DNA of 64,000 bases from Gemmatimonadales bacterium (GCA_041577295.1 JBFGJG010000004.1:32001-96000), one strand, 5' to 3'; numbered from the stretch's first letter, positions 9,858 to 19,300 are shown. The notes: a model not told the origin generated them from the sequence alone. Program-made: numbers and translations.

Positions 9858-9990
9858 ATACCGTGCACATCTACTAATCGGTCGATCTTCACAATTGCCG
9901 CCCTTGAATTGACTCTGACGATTCGGCGCTTGACCGCGGATTGCGGGGCGACGAGTACCCTGCGAGGGTAAGCTGACTTAGAGGTGGAGC

Positions 9991-10338
9991 ATGGCCGAAG
10001 CACAGAATGGCTCGCGGTACACGCTGAAAAAAGACCCCGTCGACGAGTGGCGTTGGGATATTTTCGACTGGGGTGTCCGCGTGCGCCATGATATCCTGGC
10101 CCTCGAGTGGGCGGTGATTCAGCTGGCGGAGCAACATCCCGATGTTGACGTGGCCTTTCTAAAGGCCAATCCGAAGGGCGATGGCGATCTGGCAATCCGG
10201 GAACTTCAGGAGCGGATTCAAGAGCTCGAGGAAAAGATCGAATCCCGCAAGACGAGGCTCGAGGGAAAGTCCGAATCTCTCAAGAAGAGACCCATTGAGA
10301 GGGCCTTCTCATTCTTCAGGGAAGGAGCAAAGGTATGA
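9991..10338 (+). CDS. Hypothetical protein with C-terminal coiled-coil-like segment
   Basis: GAGGTGGAG RBS before the ATG; 115-aa ORF with heptad-like IRELQERIQELEEKIE. Confidence 0.65.
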   Translation: MAEAQNGSRYTLKKDPVDEWRWDIFDWGVRVRHDILALEWAVIQLAEQHPDVDVAFLKANPKGDGDLAIRELQERIQELEEKIESRKTRLEGKSESLKKRPIERAFSFFREGAKV

Positions 10339-10406
10339 AAGCCAACCCTCGACTCGACCCTGGCGATCCCCCGCGGCCACCCGGCGGCGGGAATCGCAAC
10401 GAGTAG
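10335..10406 (+). CDS. Small Pro/Gly-rich peptide, 23 aa (MKANPRLDPGDPPRPPGGGNRNE)
   Basis: GAAGGAG SD at 10321-10327, ATGA overlap with the upstream stop, and a KANPxxD(P)GD motif shared with the upstream protein. Confidence 0.5.
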   Translation: MKANPRLDPGDPPRPPGGGNRNE

Positions 10407-10490
10407 TTAGCGCCCGCGGCACGCACTCAGTACCTCCAGGATGCGGCGCGCCCAACTGGCACCGCATTCTGGGGGACCCGCCAATTCTGC

Positions 10491-11507
10491 TCACGACCTA
10501 CCAGAACTCGCCAGTGACCGGCCAACCGGAGTCACCGGGGGGTGTGGGTACGTTCTTCGGGCTTGCGCCGGCCGCTCCGACAGCGTCAACGCCACCGCGC
10601 CGACCACGAGGATCGATGCTAGGACCACCCTGCTCGTCAGTGCCTCACCGCCCAATGCCCAGCCCAAAAAGACCGCGATGACCGGATTGACATACGCGTG
10701 TGTGGATATGGTGGTGAGGCTCACGCGCTGAAGCAGCCAGTAGTAGGCGGCGAACGCCACGATCGACCCGAAAACGATCAGGTATCCGAGTGCGAGGAGC
10801 GAACGCGCGGAGACGTTTCCCAAGTCGACCTGCCTCACTTCACCAGCGAAGACCCCAGCGAGAAAGAGGGAAGCACCCCCAGCCAACAGATACATCCCCG
10901 ATGCGACGAGGTGCGACCGAGGTCGTGACGTGGCCCGGGAGAGCGCGGATCCGACGGCCCATGACATGGCACATCCCACGAGCACCAGCCCGCCAAGTCG
11001 GTCAATTGGCTCAGAGCCGAGCGTGTTCGTAGGTCCAATGAGTACCATCACACCCAGCAGTCCACCCAGGATCCCCACGGCGGTCCGCCAACCACCAAAC
11101 CCATCCTCCACAACGCCCCGCAACATTAGCATCCACAGGGGGGACGTTGCCACCAACAAGGCTGCCACGCCGGAGGCCACTCGCAACTCGGCCCATGCGA
11201 CCAGTCCCTGGCCTCCCAAGAACATGAAAGCCCCCACGACGATTGCGACGCACCACTGCTTAGGCGTCGCGAGCTCACCGCTGCGCTTCCATCCCCACGA
11301 GTAAAGGACGGCGCCTGCTGCAATGCACCGGAAACCCGTCATGAACAGCGGCGGTATGGTCTCAATGGCAAAGCGGATGGCGAGATACGTCGATCCCCAG
11401 ACCAGGTAGATCACGGCAAAAGCGGCGACGGCAGTGTACAGCAGGGTTCGACTCGACGCGTTCCCTTCGTACGCCCCGAACGTGCGGTGACTATTTGAGA
11501 TACGCAT
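10491..11507 (-). CDS. EamA/DMT family transporter
   Basis: VIYLVWGSTYLAIR, about 10 TM helices, AYVNPVIAVFLG. Confidence 0.9.
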   Translation of the reverse strand: MRISNSHRTFGAYEGNASSRTLLYTAVAAFAVIYLVWGSTYLAIRFAIETIPPLFMTGFRCIAAGAVLYSWGWKRSGELATPKQWCVAIVVGAFMFLGGQGLVAWAELRVASGVAALLVATSPLWMLMLRGVVEDGFGGWRTAVGILGGLLGVMVLIGPTNTLGSEPIDRLGGLVLVGCAMSWAVGSALSRATSRPRSHLVASGMYLLAGGASLFLAGVFAGEVRQVDLGNVSARSLLALGYLIVFGSIVAFAAYYWLLQRVSLTTISTHAYVNPVIAVFLGWALGGEALTSRVVLASILVVGAVALTLSERPAQARRTYPHPPVTPVGRSLASSGRS

Positions 11508-11526
11508 GGCGGCAGATCTTCCGTGA

Positions 11527-11554
11527 TAACTACTATATTGACATATAACAGTTA
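11527..11554. promoter_or_regulatory. 28-bp TAAC-N20-GTTA box 1 (candidate CGNR-regulator operator)
   Basis: TAACTACTATATTGACATATAACAGTTA, just upstream of the EamA start. Confidence 0.6.
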
Positions 11555-11579
11555 CTTATTAAGCTTATGTACCACTAGC

Positions 11580-11607
11580 TAACCTTTCAATAGATATATG
11601 ACAGTTA
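11580..11607. promoter_or_regulatory. 28-bp TAAC-N20-GTTA box 2
   Basis: TAACCTTTCAATAGATATATGACAGTTA. Confidence 0.6.
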
Positions 11608-11800
11608 TTCAACCAGGCAAGGCACCGAACCACGGGAAACTCCTCGAGGCTTCTCGAACGAAAGTCATGTTGAGGGTGGAGCTATCACGAGCATCGGATG
11701 TGGTGGCTCCGGGGGTAGGTAGGGAAGGGGGCCCGTGGCATCCCGAGACAGAAAGGTCCTATCCGCTTCCTCGGACGTGGATTGGTGTAAAGGGCCTGGT

Positions 11801-12106
11801 TTAGGGAGCCACAAGTACCTCGTAGTGGTGCACGTATGGTTCGAACTCGAGCAGATACTTCTCGTCTCGTGGGTAGTATACGGCGACGTCCGGATCCTCC
11901 CCCGCGAATCGCTTTACGGCGTCCATCGACTCCCAGAACGAGATCACGTAGAAGTCGGCCTCGCTTCCCGAAACCCTGCGGAGTATCATCGATCCCATAT
12001 TCCCGGGCACTTTGCGCTGCGCAGTTACACCCGTTTCCTCGACGTACTCCCCGTAGACCTTGGCGTGCTCAGCGCGGGTTCGACCATGCCACATGCGTGC
12101 GATCAT
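11801..12106 (-). CDS. Antibiotic biosynthesis monooxygenase (ABM) family protein
   Basis: MIARMWHGRT...ISFWESMDAVKRFAGED...VHHYEV; GGAG RBS before ATG 12106. Confidence 0.85.
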   Translation of the reverse strand: MIARMWHGRTRAEHAKVYGEYVEETGVTAQRKVPGNMGSMILRRVSGSEADFYVISFWESMDAVKRFAGEDPDVAVYYPRDEKYLLEFEPYVHHYEVLVAP

Positions 12107-12147
12107 CGGTCCACTCCTGTACTCGGCGGCCATCTCGAGAAGCTGAG

Positions 12148-12175
12148 TAACCGCTGTCTATGAATATGACAGTTA
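12148..12175. promoter_or_regulatory. 28-bp TAAC-N20-GTTA box 3
   Basis: TAACCGCTGTCTATGAATATGACAGTTA, between the divergent ABM and CGNR genes. Confidence 0.6.
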
Positions 12176-12290
12176 CGCTAAGGTATTCTGGAGGCCGTGT
12201 CAAGCGGAATCACGTACCTTGAGATGAGCATGGCACCGGCGCCAGATTGCGCGTGCTTGCGAAGATGGATAACCCGATGGACACCTGTGG

Positions 12291-12893
12291 ATGATGACTG
12301 ACTGGCTCTGCCTCGAGTTTACGAAGACAGTGGGTTGGGAGTCACGGGATAGGCCGGACGATCGACTGCAGGCCTATGAGAATCTCGTGTCCTGGGGCCT
12401 GGAGCACAGGTGTATCGATGAGCTGGGCGCGCGCGAGTTGCTCAACGAGGCTGCGGCACGTCCCGAAGACGCCACCCGGGTGGTGAACCGCGCTATCGCG
12501 TTACGCGCTCTCGTCTACCGGATTTTTCGCACGATTGGCGATGGGGAGGTGCCACGCGCCGCAGAGCTCGAAGCCCTGAACGGTCATGTGCGTGACGCGC
12601 TCGCGCGACGGCGGATCGAGCAGCACGATGGAAGTTACGTATGGGGTTGGCGTTGGGAAGGAGACCGATTGGATCTCATTCTGAACATGGTGGTGGTATC
12701 TGCGGCGGATCTGTTGACGTCCGCGGAGGCCGGCCGCGTCAGGCATTGCGAGGGTGATGGGTGCGGGTGGCTCTTCATCGACGGAAGTCGTAACCAGAGC
12801 CGCCGGTGGTGTGATATGTCGGATTGCGGCAATCGGGCCAAGGCCGAGCGCTTTCGCAGACGAAGGAAACGGGTTCAGAAACGTCGTCGCTGA
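12291..12893 (+). CDS. ABATE / CGNR zinc-finger domain protein (putative regulator)
   Basis: LCLEFTKT at the N-terminus; CEGDGCGWLFIDGSRNQSRRWCDMSDCGNRAK. Confidence 0.9.
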   Translation: MMTDWLCLEFTKTVGWESRDRPDDRLQAYENLVSWGLEHRCIDELGARELLNEAAARPEDATRVVNRAIALRALVYRIFRTIGDGEVPRAAELEALNGHVRDALARRRIEQHDGSYVWGWRWEGDRLDLILNMVVVSAADLLTSAEAGRVRHCEGDGCGWLFIDGSRNQSRRWCDMSDCGNRAKAERFRRRRKRVQKRRR

Positions 12894-12900
12894 TCGACGA

Positions 12901-13788
12901 TCACGCGGGAGGTTCGGAGCGGAGCGGGCTAATCGCGACTTGCGTCAGGTAACCGTAGTGATCCGACAGCGGTGGCTGCTCCCTCGCGAACACGACATGC
13001 GATTCGCCGAACCGCACCGCGCGCTCCGCGGCATCCCGAACGAACACGGCGTCGAACTCCTGTGCACCCTGGCTCCTATCCGACCACCACGCCGCATATC
13101 GGTTGCCGTCGACGTCATAGGTCACTCGCGGATTGGGATCTCCATCGGTGGTTTTTCGTAGCCCCGCGTCGCGTAACAGACGGTACTCGGGTTGTGACCC
13201 GGATTCCAACCGCCGGCCGTTGTCATGCCAGGCGTTGAAGTCCCCAGCGATGAGGATCGGTACATCGCGTGGAACGGCATCGAGCTGTTTCACCAGGTGG
13301 CGCAGTTGCATGCGGCGAACGGCGCGTGAACGTTCAGAGCCACCGGCATAGCAGTGCACGTTCCAGAGCCGAACGGCGCCTGCTGATGTCTCGATCGTCG
13401 TGCGTAGAACACCCTTCGCGCCGATGCGTTCGAACGGTTTGCACCGCCGGGGCAACGCGTGTCGTGCGAAGGACGAACGGGTAATGGGAAACTTCGAGAA
13501 AACCAGGAGTCCACCCGTGCGGTCGAGAGACACCAAGCCTAGTGCTCGGCGGGTCTCCAACGCTCCGTCACTCATCTCATATCGGTCGGTCAGACCCTCC
13601 ACGATCGTTCGACGGGCGGTGGGATCGAACGCTTCCTGAACGGCGACGATGTCTGCATCGACCTCACGGAGAGCAGCGACGATGCGTGGTAGTCGCTTCG
13701 AGCGGTCGGTGCCCGGCAGCGGGGCCGGCAACATCCACACATTGAAAGTCAGAACCCTGAGAGAGAAACCGCCCGCGCGGCCCGTCAC
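12901..13788 (-). CDS. Endonuclease/exonuclease/phosphatase family protein (sphingomyelinase-like)
   Basis: LTFNVW, VQEAF, AKGVL, AGDFN, LSDHYG. Confidence 0.85.
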   Translation of the reverse strand: MTGRAGGFSLRVLTFNVWMLPAPLPGTDRSKRLPRIVAALREVDADIVAVQEAFDPTARRTIVEGLTDRYEMSDGALETRRALGLVSLDRTGGLLVFSKFPITRSSFARHALPRRCKPFERIGAKGVLRTTIETSAGAVRLWNVHCYAGGSERSRAVRRMQLRHLVKQLDAVPRDVPILIAGDFNAWHDNGRRLESGSQPEYRLLRDAGLRKTTDGDPNPRVTYDVDGNRYAAWWSDRSQGAQEFDAVFVRDAAERAVRFGESHVVFAREQPPLSDHYGYLTQVAISPLRSEPPA

Positions 13789-13831
13789 CTCGCCAGCCTG
13801 CCAATACCGCCGCTCCCCCTAATCCCGCTAA

Positions 13832-14617
13832 TCAGAATCTGATCGACATACACGTCAGCCCTCCATCCATCTTACGCGCCTCACTGACATCGAGCTCGAC
13901 GATGGTGAGATCCAGTGCTTCGAGTTTGTCGTGGACTCTGGGGAATCCGCGCGGCATGAGAATTCGATTGTTCACCCAGAGCACGTTGGCAGCGTACTCG
14001 TCGCCGGGATCTACGACGATGCGCTGAAAGCGGCTCAATGAGCGACGCTCGGCGTACGCCTGCGTGACCAAAAGCGTCGAGCTACCCACCCAATTCACGC
14101 TTGACTTGAGGTGAAGTCCGGTGTCCACGTTTACTGGAGTGAACTGGTACCCGTACCGCTCTACAATCTCACCCAGCTGCTCCGCACCGAGTCCGTTGGT
14201 GCGCTGCGAGATTCCGATGAGGACTCGGCGACCAACGACCAACACATCGCCCCCGTCGAGCGTTCCCGGTTCGACGATGCGCTCGATGGTCCGGTGCCTC
14301 GCCACCTGCGGGACGATTGCGTGAGCCTCACCGAGTCTGGTTGGCGCCCCGGGTCTCGCAATGACAGCCACTTCGGGAAGGATGAGCGCTACGTCCTCCA
14401 CGAAGTAGCCGTCAGGAAACCCTGCGAGCGGTTCCAACGTGATAACGTCGATGCCCGCGTCTTCTAAGGCTTCGACGTAACGATCGTGCTGCTGGCGTGC
14501 CAGTTCGTAGTTGGGCACGCCCAATCCGGCGGTGGAAATCCCTTCGCGGAGATTCCGCCCCGGCTTGCGTACGATCGCATTGGCGAACGTATAGGTTTCC
14601 TTTCTTGGGCTGGCCAC
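13832..14617 (-). CDS. ddaH: Dimethylarginine dimethylaminohydrolase (DDAH)
   Basis: FPDGYFVED, RPGAPTRLGE, LDGGDVL, LHLKS, EYAAN, KMDGGLTCMS. Confidence 0.85.
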   Translation of the reverse strand: MASPRKETYTFANAIVRKPGRNLREGISTAGLGVPNYELARQQHDRYVEALEDAGIDVITLEPLAGFPDGYFVEDVALILPEVAVIARPGAPTRLGEAHAIVPQVARHRTIERIVEPGTLDGGDVLVVGRRVLIGISQRTNGLGAEQLGEIVERYGYQFTPVNVDTGLHLKSSVNWVGSSTLLVTQAYAERRSLSRFQRIVVDPGDEYAANVLWVNNRILMPRGFPRVHDKLEALDLTIVELDVSEARKMDGGLTCMSIRF

Positions 14618-14654
14618 GAATGTTTGCCCCTCCCGACCCTCCCGCTAATCTCTC

Positions 14655-16001
14655 CTATCCCACCCTCTTTCGCTTCAACCACACATACACAGGCAAACCC
14701 GCCAGCAACAGTACAAAACCCAGGTACACCGTCTCAGCCCCTGCTCCGATGACCGCCCACATTGCGTAGACGAAGGCGCCAATGGCGACTGCCGCCCTCC
14801 CATACCGGACTCGTCCGCCTGTCTGTCCGCCTGGGCCTCGGTCGTTTGGTCCTTCCACCCTTCCATCCAATTCAAACTTCAATTCGGCCATTGTAGCAAA
14901 CACAAACGGTACAACCGCGGTCAACGTGGCCAGGAGGATCGTCTTTGTGAACAGCTCAACGAGCCCTCCTGTATAGTTGAATAGAAGGAGTACGGTAACG
15001 AACACGCTCGAAACCACAATGGCCGTTGCCGGCGTTCCATCTGAGCGCGTCTTTCCAAGGTGTGAGGGGAAAAGGCCATCCCGAGCCATGGCCATCGGGA
15101 TCTGACCTTGCACCAGGATCCAGCCGTTGAGCGCGCCGAAGCACGAGACAATGGCGCCGATCCCCATTAGATACCCGGCCCAATTACCCCAAATGAGGCG
15201 TCCCGCGTCGGCAAATGGAGCCGTGCTCGTTGCCAACGCGGAGTTTGGCACGATGCCGAGGACCGCCACGGTGCTCAATATGTACACCACCGCGGTCGCG
15301 CCCGTGCCCACCAGCGTAGCGCGTGGGATTGTTCGATCGGGATCCACTACGTTGTCCGCGGGGATTGTGGCGCATTCGAGTCCGAGAAACGCCCACAGGG
15401 TGAGAGCGACTGTAGCGTTGACCGCTGCTAGCGACGACTGACCTTCACCCACGGAGAAGCTCAGCTCGCTCGGCTGGATGTACAGGAGCCCGATCGTTCC
15501 GATGGCGATCAGCGGGATCACCTTCATGACGACCGTTACCAACTGGGTCACGCCGGCGTTGCGTACCCCGCTGGCGTTGAGCACTGTCAGCAGCCATATG
15601 GCTCCCAGTGCCACCACCGCAGGCGTCCACGATCCATTCCCCAGGGAAGGCCAAAACACCGTGAGGTAGCTCACGAACGCCACCGCTATGGCGGCGTTCG
15701 TCGCGAGCATCGAGATCCAATAACCCCAGGCGATGAAGTATCCAGCGAAATCACCAAACCCCGCCCGTGCGTAGGCGTACGGGCCTCCGGCACGCGGGAT
15801 TCGTTTGGCCAGTCGCGCGAACACCAGTGCGAGCAGGATGGCGCCGCTCGCCGTTATCAGCCATCCAACGATGCCGATACCGCCATACGGCGCCATCGAT
15901 GCCGGTAGCAGGAAGATCCCGGAGCCAATCATGTTCCCGACCACCAACGACGTGGCCATCCACATACCGAGCTGTGCCTTGGGGCGGGATGGAGCGGGCA
16001 T
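14655..16001 (-). CDS. APC-family amino acid permease (AdiC/PotE-like)
   Basis: GNMIGSGIFLLP, GGPYAY, WAFLGLE; about 12 TM helices. Confidence 0.9.
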   Translation of the reverse strand: MPAPSRPKAQLGMWMATSLVVGNMIGSGIFLLPASMAPYGGIGIVGWLITASGAILLALVFARLAKRIPRAGGPYAYARAGFGDFAGYFIAWGYWISMLATNAAIAVAFVSYLTVFWPSLGNGSWTPAVVALGAIWLLTVLNASGVRNAGVTQLVTVVMKVIPLIAIGTIGLLYIQPSELSFSVGEGQSSLAAVNATVALTLWAFLGLECATIPADNVVDPDRTIPRATLVGTGATAVVYILSTVAVLGIVPNSALATSTAPFADAGRLIWGNWAGYLMGIGAIVSCFGALNGWILVQGQIPMAMARDGLFPSHLGKTRSDGTPATAIVVSSVFVTVLLLFNYTGGLVELFTKTILLATLTAVVPFVFATMAELKFELDGRVEGPNDRGPGGQTGGRVRYGRAAVAIGAFVYAMWAVIGAGAETVYLGFVLLLAGLPVYVWLKRKRVG

Positions 16002-16231
16002 GCAGCCAATCGCGTTGAGGTGGGAGATGAATCTATGGCAGGGAAAGCCGGTGCCTAGGGAGCGGGGAGGGAGGAAGAGGCAGAAGAGGAAATGGGGGTT
16101 TCCGATCTTCCCGCCGTTCGCGCCAATCCTGCCGTTCCCCTAGAACCCTCCACCTTCCGCGGTGTACCCCTCATATTTAGAGGCTGCTGTTTCATTCTCA
16201 GGTTATTGACGACCCTCCCGTGAGGCTGCCT

Positions 16232-17014
16232 ATGCAGTCCAAACTCGTTCTGACGATCGTGATCGGCGGCATCGTGGTCGCTGGTGACGCCATTGCCCAG
16301 CGCGAAGCCCCACCGCTCGAGGCGGATCCGGCAACCGTCACAGGTTTGATTCGTGCCCGGCCAACCGGGGACGCGATCCCCGGCGCGGAGCTCTTTGTGG
16401 ATGGATCGGCCATGGGCCGGACCGATGAGAAAGGGCGGTTCACGATCTACCTCGGCCCGGGACAGCGGATTCTCGAGGTCCGGCGTATTGGGTTCGCGCC
16501 CGCCGTGGCGAAGCTCATCCTCGAGGGCGGTGCAAAGCTCGAACTGGTGATCGAGCTTCCCGATCGGGCTGTGCAGATGGACACCATAGTCATCGAGGGC
16601 CGCCGCTCACGCTTTGGTGGCAAACTCGCCGGGTTCTATGACCGGCAGCAAAATTGGGGTTTTGGCCAGTTCTTCGGCCCACAGGACCTCGAGACTATTA
16701 CCGTCTCCCGCTTGTCGGACCTGTTTCACCGGGCGAAGAGCGTTGATGTGGAGTGCCTCGATGCCGCCTGTACCGCGCGTGCGCTGCGCGGGACGAATCG
16801 GAGCGGCGTTTCTTGGCGCGGGGGCCCGTGCTTTATGGAATACTATGTAGACGGCATGCCGTGGAATCCTGGGCTGGCGGGGTTGGATGTCCTGAATCCG
16901 GAAGCGGTCGCCGCGGTGGAGGTGTACCCCGCTCCTCACACCGTTCCCGTGCAGTTTGGCGGAAGACGCGCGCAGTGTGGTGTCGTGGTGTTCTGGACCA
17001 AGGCAGGTTTGTAG
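16232..17014 (+). CDS. Secreted protein with carboxypeptidase-regulatory-like and TonB-plug-like domains
   Basis: Signal peptide; TDEKGRF, RRIGF; GFYDR; YVDG...AAVEVY...CGVVVFWT. Confidence 0.7.
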   Translation: MQSKLVLTIVIGGIVVAGDAIAQREAPPLEADPATVTGLIRARPTGDAIPGAELFVDGSAMGRTDEKGRFTIYLGPGQRILEVRRIGFAPAVAKLILEGGAKLELVIELPDRAVQMDTIVIEGRRSRFGGKLAGFYDRQQNWGFGQFFGPQDLETITVSRLSDLFHRAKSVDVECLDAACTARALRGTNRSGVSWRGGPCFMEYYVDGMPWNPGLAGLDVLNPEAVAAVEVYPAPHTVPVQFGGRRAQCGVVVFWTKAGL

Positions 17015-17016
17015 CG

Positions 17017-17724
17017 GTGGCCCAACGGCGCCCCACGGGGGAGACCAGCCCCGACAATGTAGAGCAGACCTTTGAGGTCATTGAAGATTCGTTACGTGAT
17101 CTGTGGCGTGTCGTCGATGACCTCTCTCGCATTCGCGCACCCAAGAGCCCGTTTTACCGCGTCACCATCTTCGGCTCCTCACGAATGCAGCCTGGAGAAA
17201 GCCTGTACGGCGAGGTGCGCGACCTCGCGGCAGAGCTGGCGGCCATGGGTTGTGACATCGTCACTGGCGGGGGCCCGGGTCTCATGCAGGCCGCAAACGA
17301 GGGCGAGCGTCTAGGCGACAGAGAAGGTAAGACGCGTTCATATGGCTTGCCGATCGAACTACCAAGCGAGGAACAGGCCAATCCGTTTGTCGAGAAGGTG
17401 TATGTGCATCGAACGTTCTTTACGCGGTTACATCATTTTGTTCGCCTGTCGAATGCATTCATCGTGGTGCGTGGGGGGATCGGGACCACGCTCGAGGCGA
17501 TGATGGTATGGCAGCTCTTACAAGTCCGGCACGTCCAGGACCGACCGTTCGTGATGATTGGAGACATGTGGGAAGGTCTTCGCGACTGGGCGCGAGCGAA
17601 CATGACGGATAACGGTCGGGCCCTCGCCGATGCCCACGACATCACCATTCCCCAATGTGCCAAGACCGTTGCAGACGCCGTCGCGATCATTGGCGAACAC
17701 AAGCGGATATTAGAAACCCGGTAG
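17017..17724 (+). CDS. LOG family nucleotide-binding protein
   Basis: VTIFGSSR, TGGGPGLMQAANEG, FFTR, GGIGTTLE. Likely start GTG 17017. Confidence 0.85.
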   Translation: MAQRRPTGETSPDNVEQTFEVIEDSLRDLWRVVDDLSRIRAPKSPFYRVTIFGSSRMQPGESLYGEVRDLAAELAAMGCDIVTGGGPGLMQAANEGERLGDREGKTRSYGLPIELPSEEQANPFVEKVYVHRTFFTRLHHFVRLSNAFIVVRGGIGTTLEAMMVWQLLQVRHVQDRPFVMIGDMWEGLRDWARANMTDNGRALADAHDITIPQCAKTVADAVAIIGEHKRILETR

Positions 17725-17750
17725 CAGTCCTTCTAGCCCTTCGCTCTCTT

Positions 17751-19157
17751 CTACTTCAGCTCGAAGGTGTCCCCCCGATCGGGAATCGTCACATCCGGCG
17801 CTCCTTGCTCACGCAGCCCTTCCGCCAGTGCCTCGGCACTGTCCAGTTCACCGTGCACGAGGAAGATGTGCTTGACGTTGCCCTCCTCTTGGGTCTTCCG
17901 CGCCCATCGCAGTAAACCGTTGCGGTCCGCGTGGGCACTGTACCCTTCCGCCTTTTCGATCCTTGCCCGTATGTGATACTTCTCCCCGTAGATCGAGACC
18001 GGATTCCGGCGCTCGAGGATGCGACGTCCCAGGGTGTGCTCTGCTTGGAAGCTCACAAAGAGAACCGTCGTGTTCTTCTCGACCGCGTGGTTCCTGAGAT
18101 GGTGCAGGATGCGTCCACCCTCGCACATGCCCGATGCAGCGATGATGACGGCCGGCTTGTCGAGGTCGTTGAGCCGAATGGACTCTTCCGTGCTGCGCAC
18201 GTACTGCAGCCGTTCGAACCCGAGGGGATCCCGATCCGCTTCATTCATCATCACCTCTTGGTATTCACGATCGTAACACTCCGGGTGGAGTCGGAAGACC
18301 TCGGTCGCATTGATGGCGAGCGGGCTGTCCACGAACACGTCCACACTGGGAAGAGCCTTCTCGTTCCATAGTTGATTGAGCCGGTACACGATTTCCTGGG
18401 TTCGTCCGACCGCGAAGGCCGGGATGAGCAGCTTGCCACGGCTCTCCACGAGAGGCGCGATGGTGCGGCGTAAGAGCTCGGTTGGGTTCCCCTCCGCCTC
18501 GTGCAAGCGTTGGCCGTACGTGCTCTCCATGATTACGTAGTCGGCGCGCTCGGCTGTTTGCGGATTTCGAAGAATAGGCAATCCCTTCCGGCCGATGTCG
18601 CCGGAAAAGACGAGGCGAGAGCGGTGCCCTCCTTCGTTCGCATCCAGCACGACGATTGCCGAGCCGAGAATGTGTCCGGCATCCCGAAACCGTACCTCCA
18701 CCCCCGGCACGGGGTGGAACGGATGATCGTAATCGACGCTGTGGAATCGTTGCAGGATTTCGATGGCGTCGTCTTTGGTATACAACGGCTCGAATGGCGT
18801 CTGCTTTTTCCGGCGTCGCCTCCTATTGACGTACTTGACGTCGTTCTCTTGGATATGCGCCGAGTCCAGCAGCATGTACGTACAGAGATCACGTGTGGCG
18901 GACGTCGAGTAGATGCAACCGTCGAAGCCGTTGCGCGCCAAGGTCGGGAGGTTCCCGCTGTGATCGATATGGGCATGGGATAGGATGACGGCATCGATGC
19001 TCCGCGGATCGATGGGCATCTTGCGATTTCGCTCGAACGCCTCTTTGCGACGACCCTGGAAGAGCCCGCAGTCGAGTAGCAACCGGTGTCCGTTGACCTC
19101 GACGAGATGCATGGATCCCGTCACCGTCCGTGCCGCACCCCAAAACTGCAGTTTCAT
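17751..19157 (-). CDS. MBL-fold beta-CASP ribonuclease (YSH1-like)
   Basis: VTGS, LSHAHIDHSG, DAGHILGS, MESTYG, PAFAVGRTQE, YSAHAD, LVHGE. Confidence 0.92.
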   Translation of the reverse strand: MKLQFWGAARTVTGSMHLVEVNGHRLLLDCGLFQGRRKEAFERNRKMPIDPRSIDAVILSHAHIDHSGNLPTLARNGFDGCIYSTSATRDLCTYMLLDSAHIQENDVKYVNRRRRRKKQTPFEPLYTKDDAIEILQRFHSVDYDHPFHPVPGVEVRFRDAGHILGSAIVVLDANEGGHRSRLVFSGDIGRKGLPILRNPQTAERADYVIMESTYGQRLHEAEGNPTELLRRTIAPLVESRGKLLIPAFAVGRTQEIVYRLNQLWNEKALPSVDVFVDSPLAINATEVFRLHPECYDREYQEVMMNEADRDPLGFERLQYVRSTEESIRLNDLDKPAVIIAASGMCEGGRILHHLRNHAVEKNTTVLFVSFQAEHTLGRRILERRNPVSIYGEKYHIRARIEKAEGYSAHADRNGLLRWARKTQEEGNVKHIFLVHGELDSAEALAEGLREQGAPDVTIPDRGDTFELK

Positions 19158-19246
19158 AGATCTCCCATCGTGACGAGCGCTGGATTATTGAACGTAAAGA
19201 GTAACTCAGTTTCGGCAGGGCGCGAGTCGCGGTCTTGGCCGTGTAC

Positions 19247-19274
19247 TAAACCGAATCGCCGCGACATGCATCTA
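19247..19274 (+). promoter_or_regulatory. Possible ECF-sigma promoter of the membrane protein-sigma-anti-sigma operon
   Basis: TAAACC-N16-CATCTA resembles the ECF AAC...CGTC architecture; weak support. Confidence 0.25.
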
Positions 19275-19300
19275 CAGTAGGAACAGACAGAGGTACGTCC

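Noticed and set aside
11598..11804. 68-aa plus-strand ORF
   Set aside because: Starts inside operator-like box 2, with no RBS or recognisable features.
12265..12294. Short ORF ending in TGA before the CGNR gene (possible readthrough)
   Set aside because: Different frame from the CGNR ORF and no supporting motif.
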